Made by a program: the position numbers and the translations under genes. DNA of 64,000 nt from Vulcanimicrobiota bacterium (GTDB lineage: Bacteria; Vulcanimicrobiota; Vulcanimicrobiia; Eremiobacterales; Eremiobacteraceae): assembly GCA_963805945.1 (NCBI GenBank), contig CAWDVP010000002.1, positions 32,001 through 96,000 of the forward strand, read 5' to 3'. This document shows positions 1 to 8,929 of this stretch, piece by piece; the first letter of the stretch is position 1; every line of letters begins with the position of its first letter. The notes under the pieces were generated by a model that worked only from the letters and a program-made list of their open reading frames with translations, was not told where the DNA came from and did no database searches.

Positions 1-568
1 CCTCGGCGACGTCCTCTGACTGACCCGCGATGAGATACTGATGCGCGGGGAAGCTTGGACCGCTGTTGGACGCGAACATGCGATCAGCAAGCGTGAACTG
101 CTTGGCCAGCGTCCAGTACGGCACCGTCTCCGACTGCGGCAGATATGAATATGGATAGTTCGTCGGACCTGGGGTAGGGCAGTAGCTGCCGCACGAAAAC
201 GAGTAGGTTCCCTCGGCGTTGAAGTTGTCGAGCAGACCGTCGTCATAGGCGGCGGTGAAAGCCGTGTGAAAATGGCCGATATCGATCCCGCCGTCGTTGA
301 ACGATTGCGCGCCGAGCGGCACCGGTCCGGTCGTCGTCTGTCCGACCTGGACGGTGTCGGCGCCCGGAAACCCGTTGAACATGTTGTCGAAACTGCGGTT
401 TTCCTGAATGATGATGATCACGTGCTTGATGGGGCTTATCGCAGATGTCGTCGCGTTTGCGGGGTTCGGGATGCTTGAATGGTTGCACGCGACGATGCCG
501 GCGACAACGATGGCGAGGGTAGCCGTAAGAGCCATCCGGATGAGCGGACGGCGTGAACCCAGTGTCAT
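1..568 (-). CDS. Phosphoesterase / non-haemolytic phospholipase C-acid phosphatase family lipoprotein (5' part; runs off window start)
   Basis: Not in the ORF track. Manual translation gives MTLGSRRPLIRMALTATLAIVVAGIVAC (lipobox-like), then ISPIKHVIIIIQENRSFDNMFNGFPGAD, the family signature. GGGAGG SD upstream. Confidence 0.85.
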   Translation of the reverse strand, partial: MTLGSRRPLIRMALTATLAIVVAGIVACNHSSIPNPANATTSAISPIKHVIIIIQENRSFDNMFNGFPGADTVQVGQTTTGPVPLGAQSFNDGGIDIGHFHTAFTAAYDDGLLDNFNAEGTYSFSCGSYCPTPGPTNYPYSYLPQSETVPYWTLAKQFTLADRMFASNSGPSFPAHQYLIAGQSEDVAE

Positions 569-743
569 CGATCGCCTCCCGTGCGGAATAGGAGATGCTC
601 CTGGCACTGTCGCGTAAGATGCGCGGTGCGGTCGTTCGCTCCTTCTCAGCGGCGTGAGAATATGCTGAGCAATTCCGGTGAGCTGTGACGCGCGGCGCGG
701 GGGAAGGGCACAGCACGTGCAGAACCACGCGTCGGAGGTGCGC

Positions 744-1985
744 ATGTCTCTCGCCGCGCCATCGGACCGCAACATCGATACGCACGTCTTTCGGTACGCG
801 GAGCGCATGGGCAGGCTCAAGGCCAGCGCCATCCGCGAGATCCTCAAGGTCACCGATCTCCCGGACGTCATTTCGTTCGCGGGCGGCCTGCCCGCACCGG
901 AGCTCTTCCCCGTCGCTGAGTTCGCGCGCGCTTGCCAAGAGGTGCTCGAGACCGACGGCGCCTCCGCTCTGCAATACAGCGTCACCGAAGGCTACATGCC
1001 GCTGCGCCGTTGGATCTGCGACTACCTCGCGTCGAGCAACGGCATCGAGTGCACGCCCGAGCACGTGCTCGTCATCAGCGGCTCGCAGCAAGGGCTCGAC
1101 CTCATCGGCAAAGTACTGCTCGATCCCGGCGACTTCGTCGTCATGGAGAACCCCGCGTATCTCGGGGCCATCCAAGCCTTCGACGCCTATCAGGCGCGTT
1201 ATCTGGAAGTGCCCTCCGACGACGAAGGCATGCGCACCGAAGAGCTCGACCGGCTGCTGCGCGCGGCGCCGGTGAAGCCCAAGCTGCTCTACCTCGTGCC
1301 GAACTTCGCCAACCCCACCGGCGTCACGCTGGCGCTGCGGCGCCGGCACCAACTCATCCAGATCTGCGCGGACCACGGCATCCCGATCTTCGAAGATGAT
1401 CCGTATGGCCGGCTGCGCTACTCGGGTGAAGCGCTGCCCTCGGTCATGGCGCTCGCCAAGGGGCGCAGTTGCATCTACATGAGCACGGTGAGCAAGATCA
1501 TCGCGCCCGGCATGCGCGTCGCCTGGCTCGTGCTGCCCGACGCGACGCTGTACGAGCGCGTCGTGCCGGCGAAACAAGCGGCGGATCTGCACACCTCGAG
1601 CTTCACGCAGCGCGCCGTGTACGCGTACGCACGCGTTCCCGGCCAGGTCGAGAACCATATCAAGGAGATGCTGCCGGTGTACGCCCGGCGGCGCGACCTC
1701 ATGCTCGAGACGCTCGCGCGCGCCATGCCCCCCGGCGCGTCATGGACGCATCCGGACGGCGGTCTATTCCTGTGGGCTCGCATGCCTGAGTTCGTTGACA
1801 CGCAAGAACTGCTCGGATTGGCGGCGTCCAAGAAGGTGGCGTTCGTGCCCGGCGCGCCGTTCTGGGTCAACGCAGACGTGCGCAACACGATGCGGCTCAA
1901 CTTCAGCAATGCGTCGGAGGATGCGCTCGTGACGGGGATCGAGCGGCTCGGCGATCTGGTGAAGACGTATCTCGCGAAAGGCTAA
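744..1985 (+). CDS. PLP-dependent aminotransferase class I/II (LysN/Aro8-like)
   Basis: Motifs SAIREILK, ISFAGGLPAPE, EDDPY, STVSKIIAPGMRVAW, GGLFLW, MRLNFS. GGAGGT SD before ATG 744. Confidence 0.92.
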   Translation: MSLAAPSDRNIDTHVFRYAERMGRLKASAIREILKVTDLPDVISFAGGLPAPELFPVAEFARACQEVLETDGASALQYSVTEGYMPLRRWICDYLASSNGIECTPEHVLVISGSQQGLDLIGKVLLDPGDFVVMENPAYLGAIQAFDAYQARYLEVPSDDEGMRTEELDRLLRAAPVKPKLLYLVPNFANPTGVTLALRRRHQLIQICADHGIPIFEDDPYGRLRYSGEALPSVMALAKGRSCIYMSTVSKIIAPGMRVAWLVLPDATLYERVVPAKQAADLHTSSFTQRAVYAYARVPGQVENHIKEMLPVYARRRDLMLETLARAMPPGASWTHPDGGLFLWARMPEFVDTQELLGLAASKKVAFVPGAPFWVNADVRNTMRLNFSNASEDALVTGIERLGDLVKTYLAKG

Positions 1986-2076
1986 GTCCAGACTCGTCGC
2001 GTTCATCAGCGCTCTTCTCGGCGCGATAAATTGCGCCGCTCCGTGGCCCGTCAGCGCAGACGCGAACCGGCCCACC

Positions 2077-3588
2077 GTGAGCATCACCGGCGCGTCCGTC
2101 AAGTTCTACGCATCGCATCTCATCCTCGAGGCGAGCGGGCGCGCCCAGCTCGACGACGGCGCGCTGCACGTGCGCGCCGATCACATCACGCTCGACCTGC
2201 ATTCGAAGCGCTACATGGCGATCGGCGACGTGACGATCGCGCCGAGCGATGCGGTCGCGCCGCCGGGCGCACGCACGCCCGCGCACGGCGATGTCTTCGG
2301 CAAAGACCTCGATTCGCGGCGAGGACTGCTCGTGGCGCTCGACGAGACGCCGGTGCGACACGTCGTCGAAGGCGGCGCGATCGAAGGCGAACCCAAACCA
2401 GGCCTGCCTGCGAGCGAGCCGCTCTCGCTGCCGGACATCGGCGGCGAGCCGCCCTTCGCGACCGCGGCGCGCGCGGTGGCGCATCTCGGCGCTGACGTGC
2501 GCTTGACGGACGCGCGCGTGATCGTGCCCGGTTCTAAGAGCGTGCCGGTGCCGTCCTACGTGTTCACCTACTCGTCGGACGCCGGCTACGTGGTGAGCAA
2601 CCTCGGCACGATCGAGGACGTGCCGCTGTACTTCGGCAGCACGCGCAACTCGGTGCAGGGCATCCATTTCCTGTACCGCCCGGACATCAAATTCGGTTTC
2701 GGCCTCGACGAGCGCATCGTCGACGGGCAACGCGGCTATCTGCTCGCATCGCTCTCGCCGGTGTTCGGGCCCTTCAAACAATTCAATGTGACCTACCAAG
2801 AGCAGATCAACCGTCACACGCAGCAAACGCTGTCCTCCTACAGCATCGAGGGCCTGGGCACCACAAACCAATACGACCTGCGCGACGGCATCCACCATTC
2901 GTTCGTCGAGCTCGCCGCCTTCCAATTCCATCAGAGCTATGCCGGCACGCTCGCGTGGCAAGGCTACGACACGGCCTTCGCCAAGACCGGCCCGCTCTCG
3001 CAGCTCATCTTCCACCTGCGCAGCGAGTACGGCGTCGGCCACACGCCGCCCGAGCTGGGCTTCCCGCCGTTGCCGACCGACGTCTTCTTGCCGCAGACGG
3101 TGCAGCGGGTCGCGTTCGAGGCCTATGTCGCGACCCAGCCGCTCGCCTTGGGTCCCGGGACGACGATGTACGCGTCGGCGGACGATCGCTTCTCGCACGA
3201 CACGACGCCGCATCTGCAGACCACGCAGGTCTACGGTTTGACGCTCACGCAGCGCGTCAACCGTTTCGTCTCGCTCAGCGGCAGCGTCTTCGACACGCCG
3301 ATCCACGACGGCTATCCGACGGTCAACGCGTCCTACGCCACGCACCTGGACACCGAAACCGCGACCTTCAATTACAACCATGGCCGTGCGTTCGCGCTGC
3401 TGCTCACCGGCACGCATCAGACCGCCTCCACCCAATTGCCCGGCGGGCTGCTCGTGGAGCCATGGGTGGCGAGCGCCGATGTGCGCTTCCGTCTCGGGCC
3501 TGCGATCGCGATCGAGCTCGGCAGGTCCTACTATTTCGGATTCGAAGGTCAGCGCTTCGGAACGTATACCTTCCAGATATTCCCATGA
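2077..3588 (+). CDS. Putative outer-membrane beta-barrel protein, LptD/OstA-like (paralogue 1); true start probably ~100 nt upstream
   Basis: OstA-like N-terminus (LEASGRAQLDDGALHVRADHITLDL), amphipathic aromatic-rich strands, C-terminal YTFQIFP. Shares motifs with the 35090-36850 protein. Confidence 0.6.
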   Translation: MSITGASVKFYASHLILEASGRAQLDDGALHVRADHITLDLHSKRYMAIGDVTIAPSDAVAPPGARTPAHGDVFGKDLDSRRGLLVALDETPVRHVVEGGAIEGEPKPGLPASEPLSLPDIGGEPPFATAARAVAHLGADVRLTDARVIVPGSKSVPVPSYVFTYSSDAGYVVSNLGTIEDVPLYFGSTRNSVQGIHFLYRPDIKFGFGLDERIVDGQRGYLLASLSPVFGPFKQFNVTYQEQINRHTQQTLSSYSIEGLGTTNQYDLRDGIHHSFVELAAFQFHQSYAGTLAWQGYDTAFAKTGPLSQLIFHLRSEYGVGHTPPELGFPPLPTDVFLPQTVQRVAFEAYVATQPLALGPGTTMYASADDRFSHDTTPHLQTTQVYGLTLTQRVNRFVSLSGSVFDTPIHDGYPTVNASYATHLDTETATFNYNHGRAFALLLTGTHQTASTQLPGGLLVEPWVASADVRFRLGPAIAIELGRSYYFGFEGQRFGTYTFQIFP

Positions 3589-3601
3589 CCGAGGAGATCA
3601 C

Positions 3602-4630
3602 GTGAAGGTGCTCGTCACCGGCGGCGGCGGGTACGTCGGCGTCGTCTTGTGCGAACGGCTGCTGGAGGCGGGCCACCAGGTGCGCGTGCTCGACAGGCTC
3701 TATTGGGGCCGCGAGCCGCTCGCGCATCTCGCCGATCGCGTCGAGGTCGTGCAGGCCGACGTGCGCGCGATCGCGCCTGCCATGCTCGACGGCGTCGACG
3801 CGGTCGCGCACCTCGCGGGCCTTTCGAACGATCCGACCGCCGAATACAACACGGCCGCGAATTGGGAGATGAACACCGACGCCACCGCACATCTCGCAGT
3901 GCTGTGCAAGAAGCACGGCATCAAGCGCTTCACCTTCGGCTCAAGCGCGTCGATCTACGACGGCCTCGGCGACGGCACGTTCGACGAGACGACGGCGGTC
4001 TCACCGCGCGGCGCGTATTCGCTCTCGAAACACGCCGCCGAGGAAGCACTGCTGCGCGAAGCGGGCGGCGGGTTCGCGCCCGTGCTGCTGCGGCAAGGCA
4101 CGGTCTATGGCTACAGCACGCGCATGCGCCTCGACCTGGTGGTCAACACGTTCATCAAGGACGCGCTCCTGCGCGGCGCGCTGTTCTTGCATGGCGGCGG
4201 TTGGATGTGGCGTCCGCTGGTGGATGTGACCGACGTCGCCGAAGCGCACCTGCGCTGCCTCGAGGCGGATCCGAGTGCCGTGGGCGGGCAGATCTTCAAC
4301 GTGGTGCACGACAACTTCCAGATCCGCGAGTTGGCGATGCTCGTCGCCGGTTCGCTCTCGATGCTGCAGCGGCCGGTGCGCCTCGAAGACGCGCCGATGC
4401 CGAAGATCAACCGCAATTATCGCTGCGCGAACCGCAAGCTCCAGAAGAGCATCGGCTTCACGCCGCGCGTGTCGGTCCTCGAATCGATCGAGCGCATGCT
4501 CGAGCGTCTACCGCTCGACGATCCCGCCGAGCTCGCGCACCCGCGCTACTACAACATCCGCTGGATGACGCTGGTCGAGGAGATCGTCGCCACCCAGGCG
4601 CCTGGCCGCTCGATCTGGTCGGCTACTTGA
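3602..4630 (+). CDS. NAD-dependent epimerase/dehydratase (extended SDR)
   Basis: VTGGGGYVG, HLAGLSNDP, YSLSK (YxxxK), MRLDLVVN. GAGGAG SD before GTG. Confidence 0.9.
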   Translation: MKVLVTGGGGYVGVVLCERLLEAGHQVRVLDRLYWGREPLAHLADRVEVVQADVRAIAPAMLDGVDAVAHLAGLSNDPTAEYNTAANWEMNTDATAHLAVLCKKHGIKRFTFGSSASIYDGLGDGTFDETTAVSPRGAYSLSKHAAEEALLREAGGGFAPVLLRQGTVYGYSTRMRLDLVVNTFIKDALLRGALFLHGGGWMWRPLVDVTDVAEAHLRCLEADPSAVGGQIFNVVHDNFQIRELAMLVAGSLSMLQRPVRLEDAPMPKINRNYRCANRKLQKSIGFTPRVSVLESIERMLERLPLDDPAELAHPRYYNIRWMTLVEEIVATQAPGRSIWSAT

Positions 4631-6053
4631 AGTACTCCACGGTGAGCGTCGGCTTATAGCCGCTCTCGCAATCGGCCTCGGTGTACGCGTTGATGTCCTC
4701 GTTGTACCCTTTGAACACAAACCCATAATTGGGCGCGCCGTTCATCCACGAGCGGACCTGGCTCGTCACATCGACGTCGACGTTCGGACCAGCGGGCGAG
4801 AGCGCGTCCGCCCAATCAGCTTCGATCCAATCAGAGTTGTTCCACCACGCATCCTTGCCGGTGCCGAGCTCGGCGGCGCACGATTTCGCGTTGCCGTACT
4901 GGTCGTACGGCTTGACCGTGCTGCTCGTCACGTGCAGATGAAGCGTCGCTTTCTGCAACGGCCGGCCAACCATCGGGCCGAGATCGAACATGACCGCGCC
5001 GCGCCGTACATCGTCTTCGAACAGGTCCTTGAAGGCAGCCTTGATGGTGACGTAATCGTAGCCGACATTCACGCCGGGCTCCCTGAGGGTGGCGTTCTTC
5101 GGTTTGTAATCTTCGTTCGTGTGCACTTTCACGGACGAACTTGTTTGGGCTGGCTGGAGCGTCACGGTGGTGGTGCCAAGGGTTGGCGCCACGCCGATGC
5201 AGGTGCGATAGCCCGGATGCGACTCTTTGCTCCCCTTGTACGCCGTGACCGTATAGCATTTCCCGACGAAGCCGCCCGCCGGCAGATCGAGGACGCCGGC
5301 CGTCGCGCCGACGCCGGCTGAGGACTTGCTCAGATATGTGAGCGATGTGCCTCCGGCATCGGTTTGGTAGATCTTGAAGCCGTCCACATCCTGCGGACAC
5401 GAGGTGCACTTCGGATGCGGCTGCCACGCCCACACGATGAACAGTTTGTTCGCCGCGGCGATCGGAGCGCATAGCAATCCGGCGATGAACGGATTGCTGA
5501 TGTGGGCGGCGCACACTTTCGGGTCACCGCTCGTCGCGATCTTCGTCGGCCGAGCAGGATTGCCAGCGACGTCGTCAGGATCCACGGCGGGATTCGCGAG
5601 GTTGACGTACTTGGAGCCCCCTGGGAGGGTCGTGGGCACTGACGTGGGCGGAGACGGCGTACCGCACGTCACCTTGAACGCGGCTTTGGCCGAATAGACG
5701 TCGCCTTGACCTGCGATGTTGTGAACCCATAGCTGATCGAACGTGTTGGCGCCGGTCGTCGCCGCGATGCTCATCGAGTCGTTGACCGTAAGCGTGCCGC
5801 CAGCGGGCAGGGTCGCAGCGCCGATGTTCACCACTTGCTGCGAACCGTTGACGAAGCGGTTGAAGGCGTATTGGAACGACGTGCCGGGCGCGCCAGAGAT
5901 CGTGCCGGTGAACGCCATGGTCGTCGGGCATGTGCCGGTGTACGACGGCGTCGTCGCCGTGAGCACCGCCGTCACCGCCGCCGACGCGGGTGCGCGGTCA
6001 GCGACGGCGAGTGACGCGATGGAAATCACCGCGATGCACAGCAGTCGTCTCAT
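4623..6053 (-). CDS. Secreted modular protein A (signal peptide, Ig-like, Pro/Thr linker, FN3-like, DNRLRE-like C-terminal domain)
   Basis: Sec signal MRRLLCIAVISIASLAVADRAPASAA. C-terminal VMFDL..KATLHL..VDVDVTSQVRSWMNGAPNYGFVF..PTLTVEY pattern. Close paralogue of the next gene. Confidence 0.8.
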   Translation of the reverse strand: MRRLLCIAVISIASLAVADRAPASAAVTAVLTATTPSYTGTCPTTMAFTGTISGAPGTSFQYAFNRFVNGSQQVVNIGAATLPAGGTLTVNDSMSIAATTGANTFDQLWVHNIAGQGDVYSAKAAFKVTCGTPSPPTSVPTTLPGGSKYVNLANPAVDPDDVAGNPARPTKIATSGDPKVCAAHISNPFIAGLLCAPIAAANKLFIVWAWQPHPKCTSCPQDVDGFKIYQTDAGGTSLTYLSKSSAGVGATAGVLDLPAGGFVGKCYTVTAYKGSKESHPGYRTCIGVAPTLGTTTVTLQPAQTSSSVKVHTNEDYKPKNATLREPGVNVGYDYVTIKAAFKDLFEDDVRRGAVMFDLGPMVGRPLQKATLHLHVTSSTVKPYDQYGNAKSCAAELGTGKDAWWNNSDWIEADWADALSPAGPNVDVDVTSQVRSWMNGAPNYGFVFKGYNEDINAYTEADCESGYKPTLTVEYFK

Positions 6054-6082
6054 CAGCGCCCCGCCGGAGCCCCGATGGGCGG

Positions 6083-7522
6083 CTACTTGAAATACTCCAC
6101 GGTGAGCGTCGGCGGATCGTAGTACGAGATGCATGTGGCCTCGGTGAACGCGTTGAGGTTCTCTTGCTGCGATCTCAGAACGAAGCCGTAGTTCGGCGCG
6201 CCGTTCATCCACGAGCGGACCATGCTCGTCACATCGACGTCGACGCTCTGCGGTGCGCCCGAAATCGGTTCGACCCAGGTCGCTTCGATCCAGCTGGTGT
6301 TGGTCCACCATGCGCCCGTGCCGGTGCCCAACTCGTCGCCGCATGATCTTGGGTCGTGCGAGACTGCGGCGCCGACCATGACCAGGCTTGAGTTGGCGTG
6401 TAGGTGCAGCGTCGCTTTTTGCAACGGCCGGCCGACCATCGGGCCGAGATCGAACATGACCCCGCCGTGCAAGGCTTGGTTATCGGCGCTGTCCATAGAG
6501 GCTATGGGTCCCTTTGTGGTGTCGTACGAGAAGCCCGCCCGCAGGTCCGTATAGGAGTCTTTGATGTCGCTGCTCTTGCCGGTGGTGTGGTATACGTACG
6601 AGGTGCGGATATGGGCGGACTGGAGCGTCACTGTGGTCGTGCCAAGCTTGGGCTCATTGTTGATGCAGGTAGGATGGCCCGGACTGGATTCTTTGCTCCC
6701 TTTGTACGCGGTGACGGTATAACACTTGTTGAGGAAGCCGCCCGCCGGCAGGTTGAGCACGCCCGCGGTCGCGCCCGCGCCGGCGCTGGTCTTGTCTACG
6801 AAGGTCAGCGACGTGCCGGCCGGGTTGGTCTGATAGATCTTGAAGCCGTCGACGTCTTGCGGACACGACGTGCACTTGGGATGCGGCGCCCAATCCCACA
6901 CGATGAACAATTTGCCTGCTTTCGCGATCCCGCCGCAGAGCAGTCCGCCGATGAGCGGGTTGCTGATGTGCGCACCGCACACTTTCGGGTCGCCGCTGGT
7001 GGTGATATGGGTCGGGTGCGCGGGATTGCCGGCGGTGTCATCGGGATCGACGATGAGAATCTGGGGGCTATTGGGGTTGAGGTACTTGGATCCCCCGGGG
7101 AGGGCCGTCGGAGGAGGCGGAGGCGTACCGCACGTCACCTTGATATTCGCCTTGGCGGAATAGACATCTGCCTGACCCGCGATATTGTGCACCCACAGTT
7201 GGTCAAACGTGTTCCCGCCCGTCGTCGCGTTGATGCTCATCGAATCGTTGACCGCGAGCGTGCCGCTCGCCGGCAGGGTCGCCGCGCCGATGTTCACCAC
7301 TTGTTGCACGCCGCTGACGAAGCGGCTGAAGCTATATTGAAATGACGCGCCGGGCGAGCCTGAGATGGTGCCGGTGAACGCCATGGTCGTCGGGCAGTTC
7401 CCGGTGTATGACGGCGTCGTCGCCGTCAGCACCGCAGTCACCGCTGCTGCAGCGGGTGCGCGATCCGCGACGACAAGCATGGCCATGGCGATAGTCGCGA
7501 CGTATAACGTGATCCGTTGCAA
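6083..7522 (-). CDS. Secreted modular protein B (tandem paralogue of A)
   Basis: Same architecture as A with long near-identical blocks. TTG start after GAGAGGGG. Confidence 0.8.
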   Translation of the reverse strand: MQRITLYVATIAMAMLVVADRAPAAAAVTAVLTATTPSYTGNCPTTMAFTGTISGSPGASFQYSFSRFVSGVQQVVNIGAATLPASGTLAVNDSMSINATTGGNTFDQLWVHNIAGQADVYSAKANIKVTCGTPPPPPTALPGGSKYLNPNSPQILIVDPDDTAGNPAHPTHITTSGDPKVCGAHISNPLIGGLLCGGIAKAGKLFIVWDWAPHPKCTSCPQDVDGFKIYQTNPAGTSLTFVDKTSAGAGATAGVLNLPAGGFLNKCYTVTAYKGSKESSPGHPTCINNEPKLGTTTVTLQSAHIRTSYVYHTTGKSSDIKDSYTDLRAGFSYDTTKGPIASMDSADNQALHGGVMFDLGPMVGRPLQKATLHLHANSSLVMVGAAVSHDPRSCGDELGTGTGAWWTNTSWIEATWVEPISGAPQSVDVDVTSMVRSWMNGAPNYGFVLRSQQENLNAFTEATCISYYDPPTLTVEYFK

Positions 7523-7751
7523 AGGAACGCCCCTCTCAGAGTAAGCCTGACGGCATCTGGGACACGCGCTACGCCTTCAGGTCGGGCGCGGCCTGCGTCC
7601 TTCGGGCCTTCCAGGCGCCCGGTTGCCAGCGAGGTCAGGGCGCCTTCACCACCATGCGGACAAGCCCCATCCAAAAGCCGTCGGTCGCCCTGAAGATCGA
7701 GATGGGCACCGAGCCACGCTCCGTGTGCGGTATATCCCTCATCGCGATCGA

Positions 7752-8066
7752 TCAGCCGATGATCCACGGATGTCGCGCAGGCAGTCTGTCCGACCAGCGC
7801 GTCAGACGCGCGTCGTCATAGCCGTGCTGTTGCCGCAACGCCGCCAGCACCGCGGCGTCATCCGGATTGGCGGCGACGACGCTGCCGCGAACTGCTTTGT
7901 GCGTCAGCCCGAGCCGGCGCAGCAACGCGATGTCGATGGGCGAATGGCCGAACAGATAGGTGCCCAACTCCCCGCGCTGCGCCATGCGCGCTTTGTCGAT
8001 GAGGCGCGGCAGCCAGCGGATGCCCCCGAGCTCCTCGTTCCAGCGCCGCGGCGGTGTTGTGGTCAT
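7752..8066 (-). CDS. DUF5069-like protein; probably frameshifted near 7755 and continuing as LIDRDEGY...
   Basis: LGGIRWLPRLIDKAR...Y...SPID...LG motif. The family-typical LIDxDEG lies in the adjacent frame (ORF 7438-7767). Confidence 0.65.
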   Translation of the reverse strand: MTTTPPRRWNEELGGIRWLPRLIDKARMAQRGELGTYLFGHSPIDIALLRRLGLTHKAVRGSVVAANPDDAAVLAALRQQHGYDDARLTRWSDRLPARHPWIIG

Positions 8067-8929
8067 GCGATGTGTCCTTTTGCGCGCAGATAATCCGTCA
8101 GAGCGTCGCGCCACGGCCGCGCGCGCAGACCGTGTGCGGCGAGCTTCTCGCTCGCCAAGGCCGAGTACATCGGCCTGCGCGCCGCCGCGCCGGTCTCCTC
8201 GGCGCGGATCGGCACGGCGCGCTGCGAGACGCCGCATCGCGCGAAGATCTCGTCCGCGAATTCGCGCCACGAGCACGCGCCGGCATTGGAGAGATGATAC
8301 ACGCCGGGCGTCGCGCCGCGGGTGAAGAGGTCTACGAGCAGGCCGGCGGCGTCGGCGGTGGCGGTGGGCGACATGACGATGTCATCCACCACGCGCGGCG
8401 TCTCGCCGGCGCGCGCGCGGGCGATCATCGTCTCGACGAAATTGCCGCCCTTGCCTGCGCTGCCCGCGACGCCGAAGATGCTGCTGATCCGCGCGACGTA
8501 CGTTCGCGGGAATTGCTGCGCGAGCGCCTCGCCGGCCGCCTTCGTCGCGCCGTAGACGTTGAGCGGACCGGGCTCATCGCTTTCGAGGTACGGCGAGCGT
8601 TTCTCGCCGTCGAACACGTAATCGGTGCTGACATACGCGCAGGCCGCACCGCGCGCGGCGGCCGCGGCCGCGACGTTGTAAGCGCCGTGCGCGTTGATCG
8701 CCACCGCGTCGCCCGGCCGGGATTCGCACTCGTCCGTCTTGTGGAACGCGGCGGTGTTCACCACGAGATCGCCGGTGCCCACGCGGGCGAGCGCCCGATC
8801 GAGCGACGCGGGATCGCGCACGTCACAGTCGGCGTGCAGAATCGAGATGACCTCACAATTGCGCGACTGAGACGCCGTCATGAGATCGCTGCCGAACTGC
8901 CCGTTCGCACCGATGACAGCTATCTTCAC
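8063..8929 (-). CDS. rmlD: dTDP-4-dehydrorhamnose reductase
   Basis: IGANGQFG, NTAAFHKTDECE, STDYVFDG, PLNVYGATKAAGE, RRPMYSAL. Confidence 0.92.
   Translation of the reverse strand: MKIAVIGANGQFGSDLMTASQSRNCEVISILHADCDVRDPASLDRALARVGTGDLVVNTAAFHKTDECESRPGDAVAINAHGAYNVAAAAAARGAACAYVSTDYVFDGEKRSPYLESDEPGPLNVYGATKAAGEALAQQFPRTYVARISSIFGVAGSAGKGGNFVETMIARARAGETPRVVDDIVMSPTATADAAGLLVDLFTRGATPGVYHLSNAGACSWREFADEIFARCGVSQRAVPIRAEETGAAARRPMYSALASEKLAAHGLRARPWRDALTDYLRAKGHIA

Noticed and set aside
5390..5420. CTSC motif in proteins A/B as a heme-c site
   Set aside because: The motif is CxxCP, not CxxCH, and it is absent from paralogues C/D; more likely a structural disulfide.
4623..7522. Diversity-generating retroelement behind the variable paralogues
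   Set aside because: No reverse transcriptase is present. Differences are not adenine-specific and include indels, and both copies are full genes.
7523..7545. Shared upstream motif for the two modular-protein pairs (ACGCCCCTCTCAGAG vs ACGCCTTCTCTGAG near 34192)
   Set aside because: The match is short and imperfect, at different distances from the start codons, and may just reflect SD-like purines.
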